Position numbers and translations under genes: made by a program
NCBI GenBank assembly: GCA_019828565.1
Contig: JAHDYR010000038.1
Span: 574,735 to 638,734, forward strand
Direction of reading: 5' to 3'
DNA: 64,000 nucleotides
Source of the DNA: Carpediemonas membranifera BICM
Taxonomy: Eukaryota; Protista; Fornicata
In this document: positions 54,664 to 63,477 of the stretch, piece after piece
Numbering within the stretch: position 1 is the stretch's first letter
Layout: the number at the start of each line of letters is the position of its first letter
Notes under the pieces: model-generated
Databases searched by the model: none
Told to the model about the DNA's origin: nothing
What the model saw: only the letters and a program-made list of their open reading frames with translations

Positions 54664-55920
54664 TCAATCCACGGTCCGCCACCGGACCTCGTCGAACTCC
54701 TCCTCAAACCCGCGGGTCCCGTAGTATACCAGCTCATCCCTGACCATCGCCTCGGCAGTAGCAGGTGAGTCCTCGCCCTCGGCGTTCTTGATGGGAGCGA
54801 ACTCGTGCTCTCTGGCCACCATGATCACCCCGACCCGGTCAGCAAAAGTCAAGGAGTCAAAGATAAATTGCTCCAGCTTGTAGCCATTGGGAGTGGGCGG
54901 GTTGACAGTCTGTCCGGTCGCCTTGTCATAGTAGGGGATGGCCTTCTTGGCAATATGCCAGGGCAGCTGGTGAAGGGCGACCTTTTTGATGAACTCAACG
55001 GTAAACATGTGGTTCGCGATGTTACCGCATGAGAAGAGCAAATTCCCATCTTCATCCGTGGCCTCGCGGAGGTCCTGCGGCAGCTCGGAGTACTCGGCGA
55101 CCACCGTGCCAGTCCCGTTGCGGCAAATGACGCCAATCTTCTCCTCAGGGCCCCGCTTGGGAATAGCCTTCAGCGCCGCGTCGTATCCGTGAGTTACAAA
55201 CTGGCCGACGAGTTCTGGGTCGCATATACGTGTGAGTGGGTTATCAACGGTAAACACGTGGATGTACCTCACCCCGCGCCGCTCAATGTCAAGCCAGGCT
55301 GTCGATGTACCAGGGCCGTTGGGCCCGTTGAACAGAGCGGAGTAGAGCCCGCCGTTGCCGTCAGCTGCGGTGACGAGGCTGTCGGGACCAGACTTGAGCG
55401 GCTGATAGTCGAGATCAAAGCATGGCACCTCGCCCTGAGTGAAGAAGACCACCTGTGAGGGGTCGAGTCCGAAGAACGGCGAGTCTGTCCTACACGCCCC
55501 GGTCTCGAAGAACCGTCTCGTCTCGGCCTCGTTGTCCCTGCTGCACATGACATAGTAGGGGATCACACCGCGTGCCTTGCGCTGTAGAGCAAGGATGCGC
55601 ATGGCCTGGATCTGGAATATGGAGGGTGTGGTGTGCGCGACGCCGATGGTGAAGGTGCCCTTTGGCTTATTGCAGCCTAGCCTAGTCCCCATGCCACCGG
55701 CCATCACAACCGCGGCCACATGGCCTTCTTTGATCTCCTCAAGGCCAATTGTGTACTGTTTGTTGGCTACGGTCGAATAATTCACCGTGAGGAAGTCGTC
55801 GGAGGGGAAAGGCTGGTATTCAGCCATCTTCCCGGAATCAATACGATCGTGTTGTTGCCGGTGGATCAGTCTGGCATCAAGCTCGGCAATTGAACAATGT
55901 TCTTTTGCGAGCTCGTCCAT
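54664..55920 (-). CDS. UAP1: UDP-N-acetylglucosamine pyrophosphorylase
   Basis: MAGGMGTRLG..PKG, DGNGG, VDNPL, EYSEL, KLEQFIFD and EFAPIKNA motifs. Confidence 0.93.
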   Translation of the reverse strand: MDELAKEHCSIAELDARLIHRQQHDRIDSGKMAEYQPFPSDDFLTVNYSTVANKQYTIGLEEIKEGHVAAVVMAGGMGTRLGCNKPKGTFTIGVAHTTPSIFQIQAMRILALQRKARGVIPYYVMCSRDNEAETRRFFETGACRTDSPFFGLDPSQVVFFTQGEVPCFDLDYQPLKSGPDSLVTAADGNGGLYSALFNGPNGPGTSTAWLDIERRGVRYIHVFTVDNPLTRICDPELVGQFVTHGYDAALKAIPKRGPEEKIGVICRNGTGTVVAEYSELPQDLREATDEDGNLLFSCGNIANHMFTVEFIKKVALHQLPWHIAKKAIPYYDKATGQTVNPPTPNGYKLEQFIFDSLTFADRVGVIMVAREHEFAPIKNAEGEDSPATAEAMVRDELVYYGTRGFEEEFDEVRWRTVD

Positions 55921-56200
55921 AGGGGCTTTACATAATATGCGAACTCAACCAATGACTTTTCTGTCTAATCTGCACTATGGCGGAAGAGACCAGCAGGGCG
56001 CCGCCCCAGACATGCGAGTTGCAACTGATCATAGGGATCCATGTGGCTTGTGTTCTATGCTGACATGTAGAATACATCCCCAGTGCAGTGACTGGGACCA
56101 CTCATCAGCACGCCCTCATCTCGTTGCCGTACATCAGGATTGTCTCAGTTCTGTATCAGAGCCGGAGTCAAGTTCTATTTGCATTCCACCCGCTCAAGTC

Positions 56201-59200
56201 ATGTCGCGTGACGACTTCATTTCGCCAACCACGATGAATAGCGGGGAACCGCCGGCTGTTGGCGCTAGTAAGCGACTAGCCACGCAATATAGTTCCATGC
56301 AAGATGAAGAAGAGCTTACAGAACTTGAGAAGGTTCTGGATGAAGCTGGCATCAGTCCGGCCAAGGTTTCGTCGGTAGCATCCACGCTGGAGCGTGACTT
56401 CGAGATCGAATCGAAAGAAGATCTTATTATCCTCCTTTCAGACGAGAAAGGTTACGAATCCATCGCCAGTTCGATCAAGAGGCTCAATACTGTCAAGCTC
56501 AGAAATGCCTTGCTTCCCAGCGTGCCGGAGAGGCCCCCCGAGGCCGCCGTCTCTGCCCCTCCCCAGAACAAACCCTCCACTCCTGTCTGGGAGCGGCTCG
56601 AGCGGCACAACCAGGGGCCCGAGCCCACGAAGCCCGATACCACGACCAAACACGCCGCACAGGGAAACAAGAAGAAGATGAAGAGTATACCCATCACATC
56701 CTCGAAACCAAAGGACACTACGCCCATTGTCGTCCCGATGTCCGAGGTCGACCGCAGGTTTGGACGCATTTACGCCGCTGCGGGCATCCTGCTGCTCAGG
56801 TCAACCCGGGCGTCAGGCCCACAAGCCATGTTCACAGTAGAGTATCGCCGGGCGAAGTGGCATCATACGGAGACGACCCACCTCCCGGGGGGGCAGAAGG
56901 AGATGAATGAGACGGTCAGAGACACCGCGGTTCGGGAGTTCTGGGAGGAAACGGACAAGGTGATCGCCCAGAGCGTCGTTCATGACGCCCTGGGCAACGC
57001 GGCGTGCCTGTACCTGCCTCAGGGCCGCTATGTCCTCTTCGTTGCCAAGATCTCGGCCACCTCTCCCCTGAATGACATTGTCAAACTATTCAACCAGCGT
57101 CGGTGGCACAACCTGGAGACCTCTGCCATCGGTTGGATGCCCGTCACCTGCTTGGGCCACAGCTTCAGAGGGAAGCCGCCGTCCGACTTTATGAAAAAGA
57201 TCATGAGTCACCTCCGGGTCCGGGAGATCATCAAAGACCCGCCCCAGCCTGTCGATGCCGTCAAGGCGCCATCTACGCTGCTCAAGAAGATCTTCAGTCG
57301 GGTTGACGCAATCCTCTCGAATCCCGAGAGACATCTCCTTCCCGCCGACTTTGACCAGGCGCTGAAGCCGATCGTAGTGAAGGTCAAGGGCCCCATCGAG
57401 CAGCTGGACCCGGCCAGCGCGCAGTATAAGGCTCTTGCTGTCCACGTATCCGGCCACCCCGTTGCCGGCATCCGTGTAGTGAACGTGCCAGCCCGGCAGG
57501 CAGCGTACAGCAACTCCAGCGGGACTGAGAAGAAGCCGCTGTTCCACGGCACGCCACACACTGCCAACGCCACTGCGATCAGTCTAGGCGGGTTCGACCT
57601 CTCAATCGTTACCAACGGGCGTGCCTTGGGCAATGGGGTGTATACTGCCGAGAACATAGCAACGCCAATGGGGTATGCTCGAGGGTCTGGCTCGATCCTG
57701 ATGTTATCCGGCAAGCTTGACGGCCAGACCAACAGCCAGGGCCGGGTGCATGTTTTCCCTGACCCCAACAAGGTGCTTCCGACAGCCATATTCGACTTCT
57801 CCACAGTCTATGATGCAGAGTCGAGGGAGCTTGCTGAACTAAGGAGACAGGCTGAGAGAGAAGAGGCTGAGTACGCCCACATCGTGGCCGAGGCGAGGGT
57901 GGCCAAAGGCCAGTTCATCGCCGACTGGTCTGCCGCCTACACCCGCCTCAAAACCCAGGCCCGCGAGCTCGAGGCCAGGCTCAGCGCTGTGAAGAGCGGA
58001 CCCGGCGGGGTGCCCGACTCGCTCGTCCTCGAAGTCCAGGCCGCTTATGCAGAGCTGGCCGTGTTGGACAACAGGATCCCGATATGTCTCCACAAGGACC
58101 GGATTCTCTCAGCCATTCGAGACAGCGACGTGCTCTTCGTGGAGGCAGCCACCGGCAGCGGTAAGAGCGTCATGCTATGCCAGTACGCCGCGGACAACCA
58201 AGACGCCATCGTTCCGGCCGACGCCCTGCCGTCCTCGTACGCTTCGCGGGTCTGCGTGCTTCAGCCGAAGAGGGCCAACGCGGAGAGCATTGCCCGCTAC
58301 GTCGCCCGGCTCAGGAACACAGTGCTGGGTGGTGAGGTCGGGCTGCACATGGGCGGGGGCGTTCATGTTGGCTCAGACGACACTCGGATCGACTTCATGA
58401 CCCACGGATACTTCTGTAATGCTGCGCAGGTGCGGGGTTTCCTCGGAAGCTACCACACAATCATTATTGACGAGGCGCACGAGAGGTCGGTGGACGTCGA
58501 GTTCTCACTCGCAATCATCACCCGTTACTTGCGCCAGATCGCTAAAGCCCGCGCTGACGATCAATCTGTCCCTCAACACCCGCTCAAGGTCGTGATTGCC
58601 TCTGCCACCCTCCCCGAGGCCGCCGCTTTCATGAACTCCATTATTCCGAGAGGTCATCTCAGCTCGCACCTTAAGGTCGGCTGTCTCACGGTATCCAACA
58701 GACCATTCCCGATATTCACCATGCCGAGGCCCCTGCCACTAACCGCTGACACTGCCGCGGGCCGAGGCCAGATCGCCCAGTCGGCGGAGGGCCAGTTCGT
58801 CCTGACCAGCGCGATTGTCTCAAATCTTTTAGTAGATCACGCCGTATCTATTGCGATCGAGGTTCTCCAGCGGTCACAGTCCGGCGACATCCTCGTCTTC
58901 CTCCCCCGAACACGAGACATCCGCTCAGCCCTGTTCTCAGCGTATAAGCACGGGGACGTTGCTGCCGGCTCCCAGCGGTACAACTCGTCGTTCGCTTTCA
59001 CATGCAGGATACGACCAAAGGCAAAGCATGGTGAGTCGGGTGCGAGGCATGAGAAAGAGCTCAAGAATGGCAAGAAGGTTGAGTTCCTGGAGTTCAGCGG
59101 GGGTCACACGTCGTCTGAGCGGCAGTACGTCCAGTCGCACCCCACCGACACTGCCGGCCGGCCCATACAGCGTGTGATCTTCACCACAAACGTCGCGGAA

Positions 59201-61825
59201 ACGGGCCTGACCTTCCCTGACCTGCGTTTCGTCATCGACTCTGGCCTGGAGAACGCGGTCGTGTATGACCATGCCGCAGACCTCCACTTCCACACTGTTG
59301 CGAAGAGCTCGCAGGCATCGCTTGAGCAGAGGAAGGGGAGGGCGGGGCGGGTGGCGGCGGGCACGTACATCCCGCTGTTCTCGGAGGAGGACCTCGCAAC
59401 CAGGCCAAAAGAGCGGCCGTCGGTCGCCGAGACGGGAGACCTGACGAACGTTATCCTGCGCCAACTAGTCCAGCCAGACCTCGTCCTCCGGGAACCGATC
59501 TCCGACGAGGTCCGCGGCGCTGTGCTCCGCCGCATGGCCGTGTTTGGTCTCCTGGCTGACCCCCAACCCAACACCGTCGGGTCCTTCGAGCTGACGGCTG
59601 CGGGGCAGTTTGTCGCCAGGTACGGCGGTCAGTTCAGGACCGCGCTCTTTATGTTCGCCTGCAACCAGGTCGGCGTGCCGCTCCAGCTGGCCAGCGCAGC
59701 CGCAGCTATCATCCAGAACAACAGTGCTGCTGAGAAGCTGCTCAGAGCTTTCTACGACCTCGTCGACATCAGTGGCCGCGCTGCGGCGGCGGAGAAGAAG
59801 GGCGACAAGACATACTTCGAGGCGACGGCTACTGGTCCAGGGTCGCGGTTCAGCAGGGAGCGGTCCAAGACGCTGCTGAGGTATCTAGACAGGGGGTCTG
59901 ATCATATCACGGCCGTGCGGCTGCTGCTGCTGTACTCGGAGGCCGTGGCCAGGGATGCCGATGTACAGGTTAGTGCCAGGACCGCGGGTCAGGGCAAGAT
60001 CTCCCAGCGCGAGCATGTGGTCGACCTGCTCGGCGTCGGCCAGGAGATCCTCGACGAGCTCCTAGACCTTATGAACGACAACCAGGCCAAGTGCTTCAAG
60101 CAGCGTCTGCTCGGAACCGCTGAGATCATCGACGCGCAGGTTAGGACTGAGGATGGTGAGGAGGGCGTTCCCGAGGAAGACGCGGCGGACGGAACAGGCG
60201 AGGAGGCCAAGCACGGCGCCAGGTTCAGGCCCGACCAGGCCCTCCCACCCTTTGTCCCCACCCCCGCCTCAAGCGCGCTGCTCAAGCGCGCCCTTATCCA
60301 GTCGCACGCAGACCATGTTGCTGTCCTCCTCCAGCCAGGAAAGGCCAACGAGGGCCTCTCCTGTGTACCCCTGCCGCAGCTGGGGGACCACACTGATTTG
60401 ATCGCAGCATTCCATGCCAGTGCCCCCAACGGCGGGGAAGACACTCAGGCCGACATCCACGGCCGGTCGATCACGGCTCAGGGCTCTGCGCCCTCCGACA
60501 CTGTGGCTGTATACTCTCAGATGATCAGCATCGACCGCAACGCCAGGCCGCGAGTGTCCATGCTGACCCTGTGCGATGTCAACGAGCTGGCAAACAGTGT
60601 CCCAGATTGGGCCAAGACGACTGTGACTCGGGTTCTTGAGTCGCACCGAGTCGCCAGGACTGTGGGCATCAGCAAGGCCAAGTTCCACGCCCTCGTCAGA
60701 GACAGCCACAGGCTGAGGCGCGACCTCGAGGCCAAGTTTGGGGTGAAAATCGACCTGGCTAGCAACGGCGGGGCGGCGACGCTGACACTGTATGCCCCTG
60801 AAAGCTACATCGCCGACGTAACCCGGCTAATCCAGACGCACATCGGGCGTGAGTTGGCCGAGGTTGAGGTCAAGTTCCGGCTGGTGCCTGGGGCTGGGAA
60901 GAACGAGGGCTTCAGGACCGCTCGGGGCAAGCTGGTCGACCCGATAGAGCAAATCATCGCGGACGCCACAAACTCTCAGTCTGGCGAGCACTGCGTGTCG
61001 GTCAGCACGCGAGACAACCATCTAATGGTCAAGCTCTCCGGGGTGGGTATCCAGGCCTCGCCGATGGTCACCGCGTTCGTCAACAACATGATGGAGAAGT
61101 GGCTAGCTGAGACAGGGACGCCAGCAAGCAGAGATTCCCAGGCGATGGAGGACGCCAACCACTATCTCCCTAACCTCGTCATGATCACTTCAAAACAGCA
61201 GCCGCAGACCTCTAATCCGATGGTACAAGTAGCCCATGCCATAATCTGGGGAGGGTTCAAGATTTACGGTGGATTTGTAAGGGATCATGTAATTCGTAAC
61301 GAGCGGGCAAACGACATTGACACAGTGGCGCCTAAGGGAATGGACGCCCGCGCGGCATCCCAGCAGCTGTGTCAGATCATGGCAGGCCTGGGCTATCGCC
61401 AGAATGGCTCTCCCAAGTTCTACAACGCAGTCAAGATGCAGTTCCAGCGTGGCGGGACCGTGATCGACATCGACGTCACCGAGGACACCCTCCTCGGCGC
61501 CTACCCCTTCGTCGACTGCGACGTGGGTAACTTTACCGTGAGTTCGACTGGACTCGGGCTGAAGCGGGTCTGGGCGGGCGAGAATGACTGCTCTGTGGCC
61601 TCGGCGATCGCCCACTGCCGCGCCAAGCAGTTCGTGTTCTTCTGTCAGCCGAACAACTTCTCCCGTATGCACGCTAAGTACTTTGGGAGGGGCTGGACGT
61701 GTGTCAATAACTTCCCGGCCAGCGTCCTGCAGCAGTTTAAGCCTCAGCACGACCTGTATATGCCGGATAAGGCGTTTTCAAGGGATTACTCAATCCAGCC
61801 GCCTGGATGGCAACCCACGATGTAA
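56201..61825 (+). CDS. Multidomain protein: SAM-like + NUDIX + PARP-type ART + DEAH-box helicase + KH-like + class II nucleotidyltransferase
   Basis: NUDIX box GGQKEMNETVRDTAVREFWEETD (~56890). ART motifs LFHGT..GFD..GNGVY..GYA (~57540). Helicase motifs ATGSGKS, DEAHERS, SAT, LVFLP, TNVAETGLT and QRKGRAGR (58145-59350). NTase motif YGGFVRD..DID..IDV (~61265). The ORF's upstream extension overlaps UAP1, so ATG 56201 is preferred. Confidence 0.88.
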   Translation: MSRDDFISPTTMNSGEPPAVGASKRLATQYSSMQDEEELTELEKVLDEAGISPAKVSSVASTLERDFEIESKEDLIILLSDEKGYESIASSIKRLNTVKLRNALLPSVPERPPEAAVSAPPQNKPSTPVWERLERHNQGPEPTKPDTTTKHAAQGNKKKMKSIPITSSKPKDTTPIVVPMSEVDRRFGRIYAAAGILLLRSTRASGPQAMFTVEYRRAKWHHTETTHLPGGQKEMNETVRDTAVREFWEETDKVIAQSVVHDALGNAACLYLPQGRYVLFVAKISATSPLNDIVKLFNQRRWHNLETSAIGWMPVTCLGHSFRGKPPSDFMKKIMSHLRVREIIKDPPQPVDAVKAPSTLLKKIFSRVDAILSNPERHLLPADFDQALKPIVVKVKGPIEQLDPASAQYKALAVHVSGHPVAGIRVVNVPARQAAYSNSSGTEKKPLFHGTPHTANATAISLGGFDLSIVTNGRALGNGVYTAENIATPMGYARGSGSILMLSGKLDGQTNSQGRVHVFPDPNKVLPTAIFDFSTVYDAESRELAELRRQAEREEAEYAHIVAEARVAKGQFIADWSAAYTRLKTQARELEARLSAVKSGPGGVPDSLVLEVQAAYAELAVLDNRIPICLHKDRILSAIRDSDVLFVEAATGSGKSVMLCQYAADNQDAIVPADALPSSYASRVCVLQPKRANAESIARYVARLRNTVLGGEVGLHMGGGVHVGSDDTRIDFMTHGYFCNAAQVRGFLGSYHTIIIDEAHERSVDVEFSLAIITRYLRQIAKARADDQSVPQHPLKVVIASATLPEAAAFMNSIIPRGHLSSHLKVGCLTVSNRPFPIFTMPRPLPLTADTAAGRGQIAQSAEGQFVLTSAIVSNLLVDHAVSIAIEVLQRSQSGDILVFLPRTRDIRSALFSAYKHGDVAAGSQRYNSSFAFTCRIRPKAKHGESGARHEKELKNGKKVEFLEFSGGHTSSERQYVQSHPTDTAGRPIQRVIFTTNVAETGLTFPDLRFVIDSGLENAVVYDHAADLHFHTVAKSSQASLEQRKGRAGRVAAGTYIPLFSEEDLATRPKERPSVAETGDLTNVILRQLVQPDLVLREPISDEVRGAVLRRMAVFGLLADPQPNTVGSFELTAAGQFVARYGGQFRTALFMFACNQVGVPLQLASAAAAIIQNNSAAEKLLRAFYDLVDISGRAAAAEKKGDKTYFEATATGPGSRFSRERSKTLLRYLDRGSDHITAVRLLLLYSEAVARDADVQVSARTAGQGKISQREHVVDLLGVGQEILDELLDLMNDNQAKCFKQRLLGTAEIIDAQVRTEDGEEGVPEEDAADGTGEEAKHGARFRPDQALPPFVPTPASSALLKRALIQSHADHVAVLLQPGKANEGLSCVPLPQLGDHTDLIAAFHASAPNGGEDTQADIHGRSITAQGSAPSDTVAVYSQMISIDRNARPRVSMLTLCDVNELANSVPDWAKTTVTRVLESHRVARTVGISKAKFHALVRDSHRLRRDLEAKFGVKIDLASNGGAATLTLYAPESYIADVTRLIQTHIGRELAEVEVKFRLVPGAGKNEGFRTARGKLVDPIEQIIADATNSQSGEHCVSVSTRDNHLMVKLSGVGIQASPMVTAFVNNMMEKWLAETGTPASRDSQAMEDANHYLPNLVMITSKQQPQTSNPMVQVAHAIIWGGFKIYGGFVRDHVIRNERANDIDTVAPKGMDARAASQQLCQIMAGLGYRQNGSPKFYNAVKMQFQRGGTVIDIDVTEDTLLGAYPFVDCDVGNFTVSSTGLGLKRVWAGENDCSVASAIAHCRAKQFVFFCQPNNFSRMHAKYFGRGWTCVNNFPASVLQQFKPQHDLYMPDKAFSRDYSIQPPGWQPTM

Positions 61826-62272
61826 ATACGATATGTAAAGGTAAGACACGGATAAACCGTAAAGCTCATATAAATGCCTGTAAACCCATTAAATACGTAA
61901 ATGAGAATGGCAGGCAAGGGTCGACCGGGAGTGATGAGACGTTACAGCAACCGTCGTCGCCGGTCTTCAGCTTCACATCGTCGGAGAGTCCATGCGTTGA
62001 TTACTCGCTCAGCCTGCAACCATTCTGTCTGAGCTGGAGTCCGCTGGGTCCTGTCGTTGGCGGTCATCGTGCGAGGTTCTGTGAGATCGTCAAGAAGAGA
62101 CTCAGTTTCACGCTGAACCACGTCTACCAGTCCAACAGCAGCAATATGCTGCCATGGACGTGCTGGTGAGACTGCATTCTGGCCAAGGAGTTCTTTGTCA
62201 TGCGGGCAGACTTGTGAACCGTAACGGATGGTGCCCGAACAACGTAACACACCGACCGATCGTATATGATGT

Positions 62273-63307
62273 ATGTATGGACACCACATTCGCCTCTGCG
62301 ACACAATGCCAACTCTGCGAGAGTCGCCCCACTTCGGGCAGTTCTACGTTGCGGAGTGCGAAAACCATGGTCTCGTAGAACGAAAGAAACAACTGATGAA
62401 CGGCACAGCATCTCGCTTTGCAGACCATAACTGCCCAAAGAACGTGTGGACAATCTTCTCATCGACCACCCAGCCGATTGTGGCGAAGTTTCCTCAAAAG
62501 CCCCTCGAGGAGGTGGTTGCTGCCGAGTTCTTGACCCGATTCGGCTTCCAGAAACTCATTTATCACGTCCACGGAGCTGCCAGCGAACAAGCTGCGCGAA
62601 TCCGCTCGATTATTGGCTTCGGCGTCCCCCGCCGCGCGACGCTCATCATGCCCTACATCCAGGGTCTCTCTCTAGCAGCGTACAATCACTCAGGCATCAT
62701 ATACGAAGCAGAGCAGCTCGGCGCCCTTGCCATCTGCGACTGTATCCTCAACAACTGCGACCGACTTTCCGTGCTCGTCGACCATGCCGGTAACTATCTC
62801 AATATCATTGGGGTCGGCCACAAGCTGGTCCCCATCGACAATCACCTCATTATTCCCGCTGAGTCAGCTGAGCCTGTGTTCCAGCGGCGACTGCTCTCTC
62901 TCGTTGAGGATGTTTTATCCGACGGCGGGCTGACTGACGCGTCCACGTCCTCCCGGCCACTCAAGCCGACAGAGCTCTCGCCCCCAAACCACCCGATAGG
63001 CCAGCTAGTAGCATCCGTCAGCCAGTTCTTCGCCGCACCGCCCAATGAGATCGAAGCCGCCATCCGCCGAGGAGCCCGCTCAGCCTTGGACACTTTCAGG
63101 CACATGCAGGTTGGTGACTTCAAGCGACTCGAGATGGACGTGCTTCGACTTGTGGGACACACGTCGTTTGCTGGCGAGGACCTTGGCTCTCTCCTCGGCC
63201 AGCTCAGGAAGGCCCATGGCGTGGTGCGGGCGGCGAGAGACCGGGTTGGTGGGTATGACGTGAGAGAGGTTGATGTATTGCTGGAGGCGGCGATGGCGAT
63301 GGCCTGA
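62273..63307 (+). CDS. Atypical kinase, actin-fragmin kinase / PI3-4K-like catalytic domain
   Basis: IVAK, LIMPYIQG, DCILNNCDRL, GNYLNII and VPIDN motifs. Confidence 0.7.
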   Translation: MYGHHIRLCDTMPTLRESPHFGQFYVAECENHGLVERKKQLMNGTASRFADHNCPKNVWTIFSSTTQPIVAKFPQKPLEEVVAAEFLTRFGFQKLIYHVHGAASEQAARIRSIIGFGVPRRATLIMPYIQGLSLAAYNHSGIIYEAEQLGALAICDCILNNCDRLSVLVDHAGNYLNIIGVGHKLVPIDNHLIIPAESAEPVFQRRLLSLVEDVLSDGGLTDASTSSRPLKPTELSPPNHPIGQLVASVSQFFAAPPNEIEAAIRRGARSALDTFRHMQVGDFKRLEMDVLRLVGHTSFAGEDLGSLLGQLRKAHGVVRAARDRVGGYDVREVDVLLEAAMAMA

Positions 63308-63477
63308 TTAATGTCCGGTCGTGTTGAGTTGAATTGTAAAGTTTGGTAATAGTAGTGTTGAAGCAGGGGTTGAAATAGGCCGGCTTGAATATCTTCAAGT
63401 GTACATCCCGCATATTGCGGTCCTGTGACGGGCTTGGCAGACGCCAATAGTTCTGACGCAAAACTGCGAGCCACAGC

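Noticed and set aside
55787-56200. N-terminal 138 aa of the 2012-aa ORF
   Set aside because: It starts at GTG inside the oppositely oriented UAP1 gene and reads as non-coding composition; ATG 56201 or later is more plausible.
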